From Somniosus microcephalus (lineage: Eukaryota): a DNA stretch of 64,000 nt. Location: positions 57,350,001 through 57,414,000 of the forward strand of contig CM126204.1 of the NCBI GenBank assembly GCA_052327205.1, read 5' to 3'. This document shows positions 22,324-34,927 of this stretch, one piece after another. Under the pieces are notes generated by a model that had not been told where the DNA came from, made no database searches, and worked only from the letters and a program-made list of their open reading frames with translations. The stretch's first letter is position 1. Every line of letters begins with the position of its first letter. The translations under genes were made by a program, and so were the position numbers.

Positions 22324-23980
22324 TATATACCTTTCCACTAATCTGAGCAAGCCATATATTCGATGACTAAAGAAGACATTAAGCAAAGTGCAGTCTAACA
22401 TACATCTGAATGTCGGCCAAGCCGTGGGAGAAGTGTCTGTACCTTTACCTGACCTCCCTTAGCAAAGGCTTTAACCAGATTACAGCAGCATTAGTCGTTG
22501 TTTTTTTATTCTCAGAGTAATCCCAAATCCTGGCACCAAAACAGAATTTTGGAGTTGAAAGTAAGTTTACAAATGAAGCCTTTCTTTGCTACAGTGTGCA
22601 CTTCAGGTGACCTGTTTTCATCCACTGATAACGTGGCAGGGGTTTAGAGAGGGGAACTCTGCAAATGTGTTACAGCAAGTATTTTAATTAGCCGTATGCT
22701 ATTATAAGTAGAATGTTAAAAATGAGTTTAACTACATAGTACGGTACTGAACCGTACTAACCAACAAGGTCCTAAGGTTGATCTCTGGTCTGTGCGAAGT
22801 TGGCCAGCAAAGTGGAAGTTGGAATGCTACAATTGTGTCAGTCTCCCTGAATTCAAGGGATTGACTTTGGGGAGGACAACTGGCAGAAACAGCTTCCGCT
22901 CTATTTTGCTGGGAAATAAAAGGTGATATTCTGATTCTACTACAAAGGTACACTGAAAACAGCATGGAAATTCAGGGCTGAGCTCGTGAGCACAACTTCA
23001 GAAGAAGGTTTGGAAAGGGATAGGGAGCACACCAGTGGTAAGAGTGGAAAATTGGGTGGAAGTCAAATTTAAAGGGATGGGGAGTGTTACAATGGGAGGA
23101 TAAAAATTCTGAAAGCATTTGGAGAGCCTCCACCTATTAGCAGACTCTACCAAGACTAAAGGAGTAGTGCTCATGGAGGATAAAGGCAAAAATGAAGGGA
23201 AAGGAAATCCAAGGTGCAGGTGTAAATCTGCAAGCAAGTGGTGAAGTAGTCCAATACTCAACCCCCTGTTTGATAACTGCTGAAGTTGAGGTGGTGCTGC
23301 ATAACATAGTTGCTGGGATTGTTCATCTATGTCACTTCACAGTTCCATACCCAATAGGTCAGCAGCACTGCAGCATGCCCTGCAAGGAGGTGGGGGCAAA
23401 GTTTGAAGCCAAAGCTGACCGTTACTGTCACTGCATGTGCCAGTCAGACTTGGGGGGGGGGGAAGTGGAGGGGAGGGTGTGGGGGGTGGAGAGGAAGGGG
23501 GGAAGCGATCCCAGTGAGAGCCTTAACTGGGCCCACACAAAAAAAATTGAAAGCTTTCTGGATTGTTTTTTGAGTGGTCTCCAGTGGTTCTCTTAAGGGC
23601 CACTGGTTCTCAGCATAGTCCAGGGATTGAAAATTGCATCAGGCGGGTCTTGAGCATCAATGGGATGGATGAGGTGACCCCCTCACTCCCCCCCACCCCC
23701 CTGCAGATTTTCAATTGCTGGCCGCCTGTTTTTCAGATGGGAAACTGACAGCTGGGGAACTGACAGCTGGCCTCTGAAAATTACCCCCTTGCCTTTAAAT
23801 TTAACTTACAATTTTCCTCTTCCCACCAGTGGTGTCATCCCTTGATCCACCTGAGTTTGAGGGGGAGAAATTCAACATTGTTTTGCCCATTTTTTTTTGT
23901 GTAAAATGAATGTTGGGGAGACCAAAATCGGGTCAAAATATCCCACATCCCATCTCCACTGGCCACCGTATTGAATAGGT

Positions 23981-24256
23981 TGTTGAGGTACCGCGGCAAA
24001 CGTGGGAGTCAAGACCAGAGTTGATGGAACACAACTGCTTTAATTTACATCATGGCAAAAACAAGTGCTTAAAAAGCCCGCGCAACCACTTAAATACTCC
24101 CCAGACAGGAAGTGCTCCCGGCAGCCTGTCCCTGCGGGAAACAAGTTGCCGGAGGAAAGGGCCCACGGCTGGGGGTGGCTGCTGCCGGCAGTGCGCCTGC
24201 GTAAACTGTCTGTGCCGCCGTGAGCGGATTATGTCCAATGGTGGCGTGTCGCCACA
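23981..24256 (-). repeat. 3' LTR of Gypsy B
   Basis: TGTTGAG...CGCCACA direct repeat. Confidence 0.96.
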
Positions 24257-24276
24257 GAGCTCCCCCCAGAATCCGC

Positions 24277-27200
24277 TTAGGAGGAGTGGACGAGTCGTGA
24301 CGGTGGTCTAATGGTTCTGCCGGAGCGGCTCTGAGTGGCCGCCGGTCTAGTTGGTGGGGCCGGGCGGTTCACCGCCGGCTGTGCTAGCTTGCTGGCGGGA
24401 CGGCCTCTAGTTGGAGGTCGGGCCACGGGGACCTGTTCCCCTGGTTCTATGTGTGCTGGTTTGAGTCGGTCGATGGAGACCGTTTCGACCCTGTCGCCGA
24501 GTTGCAGCTTGAAGACCTTGTCCCCAGTTTGTAGGACCTCGTACGGTCCGTCGTACAGGGGTCGCAGGGGTCCATGGTGTGCGTCGTGTCGCACGAAGAC
24601 GAAGCGTGCCTGCTGTAAGTTTGGCGGAACGTGAGGTGCGAGTTCGCCGTGTCGGTTGACCGGAAGTGGGGCGAACTGTTGAGCGGAAGAGAAAGAGTTG
24701 AGCCGCTGCTGTTCGGCCAACCAAGGCGTGGTAGCCTCCGGGAGGAATTCGCCTGGTACGTGCAGCGGTTGTCCGTAGACTAACTCCGCCGCTGAGGACT
24801 GGAGGTCTTCCTTGACCGCGGTGCGTAGGCCTAGTAGCACCCACGGTAGGCGGTCAGTCCAGGTACAGTCCTGCAGGCTGGCGCGGAGTGAGGCCTTGAG
24901 TGACCTATGGAAACGTTCACACAGCCCGTTGGCCTGCGGGTGGTACGCCGTGGTTCGGTGGAGCGTCACCCCGAGGTTGCGTGCTGTGGCCGTCCAGAGT
25001 TCGGAGGTGAACTGGGCGCCTCTATCGGAGGTTATATCGGCCGGTACGCCGAACCTCGCGACCCAGGTGTTAACGAACGCCCTGGCGATGTCGGCTGTGG
25101 TGGTGGAGGTCAACGGCACTGCCTCAGGCCAGCGTGTGTAGCGGTCGACCATCGTGAGAAGATAAGTTTGGCCTTGCGATGGCGGCAGAGGACCGACGAT
25201 GTCGACGTGTACGTGGTCAAAGCGGCGGCTGGGTACCTCAAAGTCTCCCAGGGGTGCTTTTGTGTGCAGCTGCACCTTAGCCCATTGGCAGGCGAGGCAG
25301 GAGTTGGCCAAAGTCTGAACATCTTTGCTGAGGCCGCGCCAGACGAAGCGCTGGGAGAGGAGTTTAACAGATGCGCGGGAGCCCGGATGGGAGAGCCTGT
25401 GGAGCGCGTCGAAGATGCGGCGGCGCCAGGTTGCAGGGACGACCGGCCTGGGTTGGCCGAGTGAGACATCGCAAGTGACTGCCGTGGCTTCGGGCCCATG
25501 CACGACCTTGGCTAGGCGTAGCCCTGGCAGGCTGGTAGCCGCCGAGAGGAGGTCTGGGTCCGTGAGCTGGGCCGCTGCTAGTTGTGCGTAGTCAACCGCT
25601 AGGTGATTCGCGCAGATGGCGGGATGGGAAAGGCAGTCGGCGACAACGTTGTCTCTACTGGAGACGTGCTGGATGTCCGTGGTAAACTCGGACACGGCCG
25701 CGAGCTGGCGTTGCTGCCAAGCGGACCAAGGGTCGGTGTTCTTGGCCATCGCGTATGTGAGCGGCTTGTGGTCCACGTACGCGGTAAAGGAGCGGCCCTC
25801 CAAGAGGAACCTGAAATGGCGGACCGACAGGTGGAGCGCGAGGAACTCACGGTCGAAAGTAGAGTATTTGACCTCCGGGGGGTGCAGTTGGCGACTGTAG
25901 AAGGCAAGTGGCTGCCACGCGCCATTGACCCACTGCTCGAACACGGCTCCGACCGCATGGTCAGAGGCGTCGGTGGTGAGCGCAACCTGGGCATCGGCCC
26001 TCGGGTGCACGAGCAGGGTGGCGTCGGCGAGCGCGTTTTTGGTGGCGTCGAAGGCGGCTGACGTGTCAGCGGTCCAGACTACGGCCATCTTGCCGGACTT
26101 ACCTCGAAGGGAATCGTATAGGGGCTTCATGAGGGCTGCAGCTCTGGGGATGAACCTGTTGTAAAAGTTCACCATCCCAAGGAACTCCTGGAGGCCCTTG
26201 ATGGTTTTAGGGCGGGGGAATTGCTGGACGTCCTGCACCTTGTTGGGCAGGGGGACGGCCCCAGCAGGGGTGATGTGGTGGCCGAGAAAATCGATCTCGG
26301 CTAGGCCGAATTGGCACTTCGCCGGGCTGAGGATAAGCCCATGTTGGGCTAGGCGCCCAAACAAGATGCGAAGGTGTTCGAGGTGTTCCTGTTTGGAGGA
26401 GCTGGCCACAAGAATGTCATCTAGATAGACGAATAGAAAGTTCAGGTCCCGGAGGACTGAGTCCATAAGGCGCTGGAAAGCCTGGGCTGCATTCTTGAGG
26501 CCAAAGGGCATCCTCAGGAACTCTAACAGGTCGAATGGGGTGATGACGGCCGTTTTGGGGATGTCCGCGGGGTGTACGGGGACTTGGTGGTAACTGCGCA
26601 CCAGGTCGACCTTGGAGAAGACGGTTCGTCCGGCCAGTCGGGCCGAGAAGTCCTGGATGTGCGGCACCGGGTATCGGTCGGGGGTGGTGGCGTCGTTGAG
26701 GTGGCGGTAGTCCCCTCAGGGGCGCCAGCCTCCGCCAGGCTTGGGGGCGATGTGGAGGGGTGAGGCCCAAGGGCTGCTGGAGCGGCGGATGATGCCGAGT
26801 TGCTCCATGGTGGTGAACTCGGCCCGCGCAATTTCCAGCTTGGCCGGGTCGAGCCTGCGGGCGTGGGCAGAGACCGGGGGGCCGGAGGTGGGGATATAGT
26901 GCTCCACACCGTGTTTGGTGACTTTGGCCGAAAAGGTCGGGTTAGTGAGGGCGGGAAACTCGGCTAGTACTGCCGAGTAGTCGCCCGTGGCTCTGGCGAG
27001 GCAGTAGGTCGTCAGGCCGGCCGAACGGGCCGGGGTGACTGCGCCAGGGATGGGGGCCATAGCATTGATGTCGACGAGGCGGTGCCTCGGAATGTCAACA
27101 AGGAGGCCGTGGGCGCGTAGGAAGTCGGCGCCGATGAGTGGGCAGAGGACCTTGGCTGTGAGGAACTCCCAGCGGTAGCGGCGGCCTGCGAGGTCGAGCG

Positions 27201-28053
27201 TGACCATGCGGGTGCCGTATGTGCGGATGTCAGAGCCATTGGCTGCATCCAGCGTGACACACTGTGCACCGCGTTGGATTTCGAGGGCGGAGGCGGGGGT
27301 GATGCTGTGCTGGGCTCCTGTGTCGCACAGGAATCGGCGGTTGGTGCTGTCGTCGGTGACGTACAGTAGGGGCCCCTTTTGCCCCGCGGCCATCGTGGGG
27401 GCCGGTGCGGGGGAGGGTTTGAAAGTGCACGGTGGCGTGCAACGTTGGGCCCTAGTGCCAAAACGGGTGTGGTAGTAGCAGTGATCCAGAGTGGAAGGGC
27501 GGTCGGGCCTAGTGAGCCGGGGGGACCGCGTGGTCGTTGCCGTGAGGTCGGGCATGACGTCACGGGCGGTCTGCGCGGAGAGCAGCCGGTCGGCCTTTTC
27601 GGCTATCTCGTTCAGGTCCATGGAGCCAGACTCCACAATGAGCGGGCGGATGCTGGCGGGGAGCTGCCGAATGAAAAGCGTATGAAAGAGGGCGCCGGGT
27701 TTTTTGTCGTCCGAGAGGGACAACATGTGGGAAAGCAGGTCTGATGGTGAAGCGTCACCAAGGCCTGGGAGGTCGAGGAGTTGGCAGTTGCGCTGGTAGG
27801 AGGACGCCTGAAATTTTTTAAGGAGCGCGGCCTTCAGATGTTCGTACTTGCCTTCCTCTGGTGGATCCTGCAGCGCTGCCCAAACCTTAGGGACTGTGGC
27901 GCAGGTGAGAGAGGCGACGAGGTAGTCATACTTCGTGGCGTCGACTGTAATGCTTCTCAGCCGGAATCTGGACTCGGCTTGAACGAACCAGGCCTCGGCC
28001 AGGTTCTCCCAAAAGTCCGGTAGTTTAACCGTGACTGCATTTGTATCCACCAT
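24277..28053 (-). pseudogene. Gypsy B single-frame gag-pol with one nonsense codon
   Basis: ORFs 26716-28053 and 24277-26667 share a frame, broken by TGA in WRP*GDYR (normally WRPCGDYR). Gag KLPDFW...CYYHTRFG, protease CDTGA, RT YLDD, RNase H TDAS, integrase HVDIVGP, SDRG, NGLCERF, GPY. Confidence 0.96.
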
Positions 28054-28091
28054 GCTAGCTTAGGATTCGTTCTGAGCGTCGGGGTCACCAG

Positions 28092-28367
28092 TGTTGAGAT
28101 ACCACGGCAAACGTGGGAGTCGAGACCAGAGTTGATGGAACACAACTGCTTTAATTTACATCATGGCAAAAACAAGTGCTTAAAAAGCCCGCGCAACCAC
28201 TTAAATACTCCCCAGACAGGAAGTGCTCCCGGCAGCCTGTCCCTGTGGGAAACAAGTTGCCGGAGGAAAGGGCCCACGGCTGGGGGCGGCTGCTGCCAGC
28301 AGTGCGCCTGCGTAAACTGTCCGTGCCGCCGTGAGCGGATTATGTCCAATGGTGGTGTGTCGCCACA
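28092..28367 (-). repeat. 5' LTR of Gypsy B
   Basis: Direct repeat of 23981-24256. Confidence 0.96.
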
Positions 28368-29029
28368 TGGTCAACTTTTAGCTGTCCCAGGCAGTCGCCT
28401 GTAAGCAGTGGGATCATCATTAAAACATTAAAATATGGGACCTTTGCCTCTTCAAGGACCCTTATCCCAAACTGAACTGTGGGAGCGCCAGATTTGCGGA
28501 TTCTTAAGTCTGCCCAGTAATTCTTGAAGCCAACAGTTGCCAAGCAGGCTGCATCAGCAATACAGGAATGTAGGAATTCTATGAGGTTTACCTGGGATAT
28601 TTAAAGGGATCCCCAACTGTATTGCTCTTTTTGCTTGCTAATGGGCTTGTAGGCCTTTTTTCTTTGCTATTTTGGCTGCTGTAGCTGTGTTCAAAACTCG
28701 TGGACAGTGACTTTCAGGTGCTTCAGCACTATATCTGTACAGGGGCTTCGGGTCATTATTGGTGAAATATGGGTGTGTTGCTCAGTCTGCCATTGTGGCT
28801 GGAGGATAAGTAGGAAGAGCATCTATGAAGAGAACCGTAACATGCAGTGGTGGGAGAAGAGGGTAAAGGAGTGGAGAGTGCAGGAAGCCTTAGAGTATGC
28901 AAGTGTTTGGAATAGAACTTCCTACCTCAGCTTCAGTGAGAAGCCCCTCAAATCAGTTCTGGTTGATGGTGATCTGCAAATATTAAGTTTTAGGGCTGTT
29001 TGATAATTGATTGCATTAGTCATGAGCTA

Positions 29030-29270
29030 GGCCATTCAGGATGCACTTCTTCACACAAATGGTGGTGGAAATCTGGAACTCTCTTCCCTCAAAAAGCTGT
29101 AATTGAAAATTTCAAAACTAAGATTGATAGATTTTGTTAGGTAAGGGTATTAAGGGTTTCAGAACCAAGGCGGGTAGACTGAGTTAAGATACAGATCAGC
29201 CATGATCTAATTGAATGGTGGAAAAGGCTCGAGGGGCTGAATGGCCTACTCCTATACTTATGTTTCTTCC
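29030..29270 (+). mobile_element. CR1 LINE 3' end fragment
   Basis: GATCAGCCATGATCTAATTGAATGG...GCTCGAGGGGCTGAATGGCCTACTCCT tail shared with the other CR1 copies. Confidence 0.85.
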
Positions 29271-29799
29271 TAACGCTTCTCCCATCAGGTGGAAAGACCA
29301 GCTACCTCTTCATGGTCACCTCTTCCACGAACACCTCCAGAGTAGCGCCCAAAAATCGTGGGCTCTTCCTGCACCATATCTGCCTGCCATTTCAAATGCT
29401 GAACTGTCAATACTCATGATAGCAGCCAAAGTACACCTCACCTTTAAGAGATGCAGGCTACCTTTAAACGGTGTCACTAATGCCTGATTTCCCAACTCTC
29501 AAAGGTTGAATTTGGAGAATTTTTGCTTTGATTAATGCAATCAATTGCAAAGTGGCCTGAAATCTTAATATTTGCAGATCACCATCTACCCAAAGTCATT
29601 GAGGGGCTGCAAAAGCTTTGTAGATATTTGATGATTGTTTTGCCTTGAACTAGTGACATTACTATTTTCAGCTCCCATCCACCAGTCATACTGGATTTTG
29701 TTTTACTTAATTTTTTCCCCTCATCTCCTGAAGATATGGCTCATACTGCAGCATAAATCTGTGGGTATTGACAGAATTTATTCAACTAGCCAGTTTTCA

Positions 29800-30812
29800 T
29801 GTTTTTTTTATTCATTCCTGAGATGCGGGCATCGCTGGTAATGCCAGCATTTATTGCCCATCCCTAATTGCCCTTGAGAAGGTGGTGGTGAGCTGCCTTC
29901 TTGAACTGCTGCAGTCCGTGTGGTGAAGGTGCTCCTACAGTGCTGTTAGGGAGGGAGTTCCAGGATTTTGGCCCAGCGACGATGAAGGAACGGTGATATA
30001 CTTCCAAGTCAGGATGGTTTGTAACTTGGAAGGGAACTTGCAGGTGATGGTGTTCCTATGCACCTGCTGCCCTTGTCCTTCTAGGTGGTTGAGGTCGCAG
30101 GTTTGGGAGGTGCTGTTGAAGAAGCCTTGGCGAGTTGCTGCAGTGCATCTTGTAGATGGTACACACTGCAGCCACAGTGCGCCGGTGGTGGAGGGAGTGA
30201 ATGTTTAAGGTGGTGGATCTGGTGCCGATCAAGTGGGCTGCTTTGTCCTGAATGGTGTCGAGCTTCTTGAGTGTTGTTGCAGCTGCACTCATCCAGGCAA
30301 GTGGAGAGTATTCCATCACACTCCTGACTTGTGCCTTGTAGATGGTGGAAAGGTTTTGGGGAGTCAGGAGGTGAGACACTTGCTGCAGAATATCAGCCTC
30401 TGACCTGCTCTTGTTGCCACTCTATTTATGTGGCTGGTCCAGTTAAGTTTCTGGCCCAGGATGTTGATGGTGGGAGAATCGGCGATGGTAATGCTGTTGA
30501 ATATCTTGGTGGTTAGACTTACCTGACACTTGTATGGCACGAATGTTACCTGCCACGTAGCAGCCCAAGCCTGAATGTCGTCCAGGTCTTGCTGCATGCG
30601 GGCATGGACTGCTTCATTATCTGGGAAGTTGCGAATGGAACTGAATACTGCAATCATCAGTGAACATCCCCATTTCTGACCTTATGATGGAGGAACGTTC
30701 ATTGATGAAGCAGCTGAAGATGGTTGGGTCTAGGACACTGCCCTGAAGACCTTCAGCAGCGATGTCCTGAGGCTGAGATGATTGACCTACAACAACCACA
30801 ACCATCTTCCTG
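29800..30812 (-). mobile_element. LINE family B, 5'-truncated RT fragment
   Basis: QGSVLDPTIFSCFIN, MFTDDC, STIYKAQVRSVMEYSPLAW; T-rich reverse tail at about 29800. Confidence 0.9.
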
Positions 30813-31814
30813 TATGTATGCACGTAGACAATGATAGTTTGCAGGTTCTTTAATCATTGAGGGCATCACAGCTGACTCCATTTATATCCTCACTTAATAA
30901 CCACATACTTCCAGCAGTAGGCGCTGAATAGTGATGAGTAGTGGGGTCTTCATTTGATTTCCCCCCCCCACCCCCCCCCCCCGCATAGGACTGGGGGACA
31001 TTGAGGCCAATTATTGCCATCCCCACTGCCTCAGCTGAAATCAGCTAACTCAGTATAGACCAGGGATTGAACTTTTTTCCTTCCTGGTCTTACATGGCTT
31101 AGCACCACACAATGTTGTGCGGTCACTAACCAAGCCATTAGGGCAGCCAGTGCTTTTTGTTGTCCTGACAGCACACACTACCCATACTTTGGACTACCTT
31201 AATAGCATAGCAATTGCCATGCCGTATTTCCAATAAGATTATCCACTCTTCCCCTCCTGAAATATAACAAGTGACCTCTTACAGACAGCTAGAATTGGTT
31301 CCTCAAAGATAATAATACCCCTAGTGCCTCACTAATACTTTTGCAGGAAATTGCAGTGCAGTTCTGCAAGACAACATAATCACTTTTGCCTCGAAAAAAA
31401 ATGCAGCACTTGCTAGTTAAGCAAGTCTAGAGCACAAAATTGTAGACTTGCAACAGTAACATAAAAAGTTAGGCTCAGATGAAAATGCTTATGCATCTAA
31501 GGAGAACATATGGCCGTGATCCTCAGCTAGGCAAAAGATCAATTTTGTTTATCTAAATGAGAAAGGGAGGTTAGAGGAAGTACATTGTGTAGAAATGAAT
31601 CCTCCTGGTATTTACTTAGTAAGATAGCAAAGTACAGACTGAAAGAGACCATTGTGGTCCACCTGCCAATCCTGAAGTTTGAGAAATCCCATAAAACTAC
31701 TTTTGTGTATCAGACCCCTCAATTGCTTTCTCTACCAAATATGTTGGGTTAACTTTAACTTAGTCCGCCCAGCGGGAAACTGACAGGACCAGATCGGCCG
31801 CCTGTTTTGCACCG

Positions 31815-32270
31815 TACATAGGAACATAGGAACAGGAGTAAGCCATTCAGCCCCTCGAGCCTGCTCCACCATTCAATGAGATCATGGCTGATCTGCGACC
31901 TAACTCCACATACCCCCCATTCACCCTTAATGCCTTTGGTTAACAAAATTCTATCAATCTCAGATTTAAAATTAACAATTGATCTAGCATCAATTGCCAT
32001 TTGCAGAAGAGAGTTCCAAACTTCTACCACCCTTTGTGTGTAGAAGAGTTTTCTAATTTCACTCCTGAAAGGACTGGCTCTAATTTTTACACTATGCCCC
32101 CTAGTCCTAGACTCCCCGACAACAAACAGAAATAGTTTCTCTCTATCTACCCTATCTGTTCCCCTTAATAGCTTGAAAACTTCAATCAAATCACCCCTTA
32201 ACCTTCTAAATTCCAGGGAATACAGCCCTAGTCTGTGTAATCGCTCCTCATAACTTAACCCCTGGAGTCA
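31815..32270 (-). mobile_element. CR1 LINE 3' fragment
   Basis: GDLIEVFKLLRGTDRVDREKLF...FYTQRVVEVWNSL followed by a CATAGGAA-type tail. Confidence 0.9.
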
Positions 32271-32419
32271 GTGCCCCATTTTACTTTCCCTATCTGTCCC
32301 TTGGAACAGTGAATCCAGATGATACAAAAGAGCTCCGTGGATTGGTTGATATTTTTACCACGAATCCCTTTCACCCCCTGAAAAGATCCTGATACATGAA
32401 AGTTTCATCTGGTTGTCAT

Positions 32420-32670
32420 TTATACAGGCTAGCCCTGCATCATGGCTCCAGGCTTTCTCTTCTTGGTCAGAAGTTTCTCTGACCGCCTCCCTGGAAAACC
32501 TTAGTCTCCAGATACATCATCCCTCTGATCTGATAGGTTCAGCTATGTCCTCCAGAGCCTTTAGATAAGGTTACGGAAATATGGCCAAACACGACAACTC
32601 CTTCTCTGAGGCATCACTTCCTGTTCATCATCTTCCTTCTCCTCCAGGTGGCATACTTAAAGAGGGCTTA
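32420..32670 (-). pseudogene. ancient Harbinger transposase N-terminal relic
   Basis: Minus strand reads SEG*CIWRLRFSREAVRE, matching SEEQCIRRLRFTKEVITE of Harbinger B. Confidence 0.5.
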
Positions 32671-32869
32671 TGAAAAGTACACCCACTAAGACCAGTATAA
32701 TGGCTAGACTTGAATACAGAAAGGTAACTAGGCATAAACAGTCTTTACACTATTTCTCTGGGGCTTCCGTGGCTCTTCTGCCGAAATTACAACGGACAAG
32801 TGAGAGAAGCCCTGTAGAAATGAATCCCACTCAGAGTATCAAATGGTGTTTAATTAATGCTTTAAATTA

Positions 32870-33132
32870 AAGCCAAGCCATTCATGGCTGATGTCAGGAA
32901 GCACTTCTTTGCACAAAGGGTAGTGGAAATCTAGAACTCTCTTCCCCTTCTTCTGTTGAGACTAGGCCAATTGAAAATTTCAAATCTGAGATTGATCGAT
33001 TTTTGTTAGGCAAGGATATTTATGAGATATAGAACCAAGGCGGGTTAAGATACAGATCAGCCATGATCTAACTGAATGGTGGAACAGGCTCGAGGGACTG
33101 ACTGGCCTACTCAACTTCCTATATTCCTATTA
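32870..33132 (+). mobile_element. CR1 LINE 3' fragment
   Basis: Same tail as 29030-29270. Confidence 0.85.
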
Positions 33133-33144
33133 GGGAGTGTTTAC

Positions 33145-33968
33145 TGTAAGCCTTTCTCTTATTACTGTTCGGACCTCAAGAATTACGAATAAACGTAACA
33201 ATGACAAATAAGTATGTGATCAATAAAATTGGTCTTTATTCACACTACAGTTCAAAATTCAAGTGTACATCGCAATCAATATGCTCCCAATTTACCGTAC
33301 ATAAACGTACTCTCCAGCAACTTATATGCTAACTCCTGGTGATTTATATCCCAAGTCAACCGTACATAAAAGTACCCTTTAACAATATCTAAGCTCTATG
33401 TCCCACTTTCATACATACTCCTTTATCTCTGGGTGATCGGTCCAGAAAAGTCGTAGATTGTAAACATAGGCTGGCCAGCTTTCTTTGTTCCTCTGTTCTT
33501 CATCTTCTGTCTTTGTTCTGAACTTCCTGCCTCTGGGTCATTTCTTTTATAGGGTCTTTCTGCCGGCCTCCCTCATATATCACCATCTTCCTCCCTCTGA
33601 TAGGTCAGTTTCACTCCAAACCTTCCCTGATTGGAGTTCCTTCTGCATGACACGTTCATGATCCTGTGATGTGTGTGGGGGCGAGACTTCCTCTTCAGCC
33701 TGTGTTTCTCCTTCCTGTCCATATGATCTCACAAACAAAGGACCATATGCTGACTACCAGGCAAAGGACCCGCTGCTGACTGCCTCCATTTTGTCTCTTC
33801 ACAAACAAAGGAACACATGCTGACTTCCTCCATTTTGTCTCTTCACAAACAAAGGAACACATGCTGACTTCCTCCATTTTGAATATTCCATAACCATTTC
33901 ACAATTCATTCTGAACTTTGATCTCCACACGGTAGCAGCAGTTTTATTACGGTTTTTAGTATCTTACA
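33145..33968 (-). mobile_element. solo LTR (824 bp)
   Basis: TGTAAG...CTTACA termini; exact 4-bp TSD TTAC (33141-33144 / 33969-33972); minus-strand TATAAAA near 33545; about 44-bp internal tandem repeats at 33728-33880. Confidence 0.88.
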
Positions 33969-34175
33969 TTACTGAGAGACCTACCAAGGGCCTATAGTTC
34001 AAATATAACCCTTTACCCAGTGCTATGTATATTAGGTAACCCCACCTCCATAACCTTCTTTTGCTGCAATGAGAGAAAGAGAAACCACAAATCCTGAGGT
34101 AGGAGGGTGCAAGGTTGTGATTTCATGCAATAGACTCCCATCAAATGTGATAATGTTGATCGTATTGACTGTTGT

Positions 34176-34880
34176 GTGAGAGTGACCATCAGGCGGAGCA
34201 ACAAAGGCAGGCAGGTAGTGCAGGGGACCCCTGCGGACATCCCCCTTTCAAACAGGTATACCGCTTTGGATACTGTTGAGGGGGATGACTCACCAGGGGA
34301 AGGCAGCAGCAGCCAACTTCCTGGCACTGGGGGTGCTCCTGCTGCCCAGGAGGGGGGGAAAAAGAGTGGGAGAGCAATAGTGGTAGGGGATTCTATAGTA
34401 AGGGGAACAGATAGGCGTTTCTGTGGCCGCAAACGTGACTCCAGGATGGTTTGTTGCCTCCCTGGTGCCAGGGTCAAGGATGTCACTGAGCGGCTGCAGG
34501 GCATTCTGGAGGGGGAGGGTGAACAGCCAGTGGTCGTGGTCCACATTGGTACCAACGACATAGGTAAAAAGAGGGATGAGGTCCTGCATCAAGAATTTAG
34601 GGAGCTAGGTAACAGATTAAAGGGCAGGACCTCAAAGGGTGTAATCTCTGGATTACTCCCAGTGCCACGTGCTAGTAAGTATAGGAATGGGAGGATAGAG
34701 CAGATGAATGCGTGGCTAAAGAGTTGGTGTAGGGGGGAGGGTTTTACTTTCCTGGATCACTGGGCCTGCTTCTGGGAAAGGTGGGACTTGTACAAGTCGG
34801 ACGGGTTGCACCTGAACCAGAGCGGGACAAATATCCTTGCGGGGAGGTTTGCTAGCACTGTCGGGGGGGGTTTAAACTAA
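34176..34880 (+). CDS. CR1 ORF1 C-terminal part (SGNH/GDSL esterase-like domain)
   Basis: VVGDSIVR, CLPGARV, HIGTND and DGLHLN motifs. Lacks the N-terminal Cys-rich region seen in the copy at 44000-44226. Confidence 0.9.
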   Translation: MRVTIRRSNKGRQVVQGTPADIPLSNRYTALDTVEGDDSPGEGSSSQLPGTGGAPAAQEGGKKSGRAIVVGDSIVRGTDRRFCGRKRDSRMVCCLPGARVKDVTERLQGILEGEGEQPVVVVHIGTNDIGKKRDEVLHQEFRELGNRLKGRTSKGVISGLLPVPRASKYRNGRIEQMNAWLKSWCRGEGFTFLDHWACFWERWDLYKSDGLHLNQSGTNILAGRFASTVGGGLN

Positions 34881-34927
34881 CTTGGCAGGGGGATGGGATA
34901 CAGAGGGAAGCTGAAATAGGGGGGGAT

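Larger units (their letters stand above)
23981..28367 (-). mobile_element. Ty3/Gypsy LTR retrotransposon B, full length
   Basis: 276-bp LTRs 23981-24256 and 28092-28367 (about 8 substitutions); TSD AGGT/TGGT; tRNA-Trp PBS TGGTGACCCCGACG (28077-28090); PPT at 24257-24270. Confidence 0.97.

Noticed and set aside
22960-23980. Additional degenerate Harbinger/MITE pieces (TIR-like ends near 23777-23788 and 23861)
   Set aside because: Partner ends and TSDs could not be located confidently, so they are not listed as features.
26716-26718. Programmed readthrough of the TGA in Gypsy B
   Set aside because: It replaces the conserved Cys of WRPCGDYR inside RT, is not at a domain boundary, and lacks a leaky context.
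24335-28023. Many overlapping antisense and alternate-frame ORFs
   Set aside because: Expected shadows of the GC-rich Gypsy B gag-pol; no recognisable domains.
34176-34880. SGNH esterase as a captured host enzyme
   Set aside because: An esterase domain is a known component of CR1 ORF1; it sits in the canonical position and recurs in the second CR1 copy.
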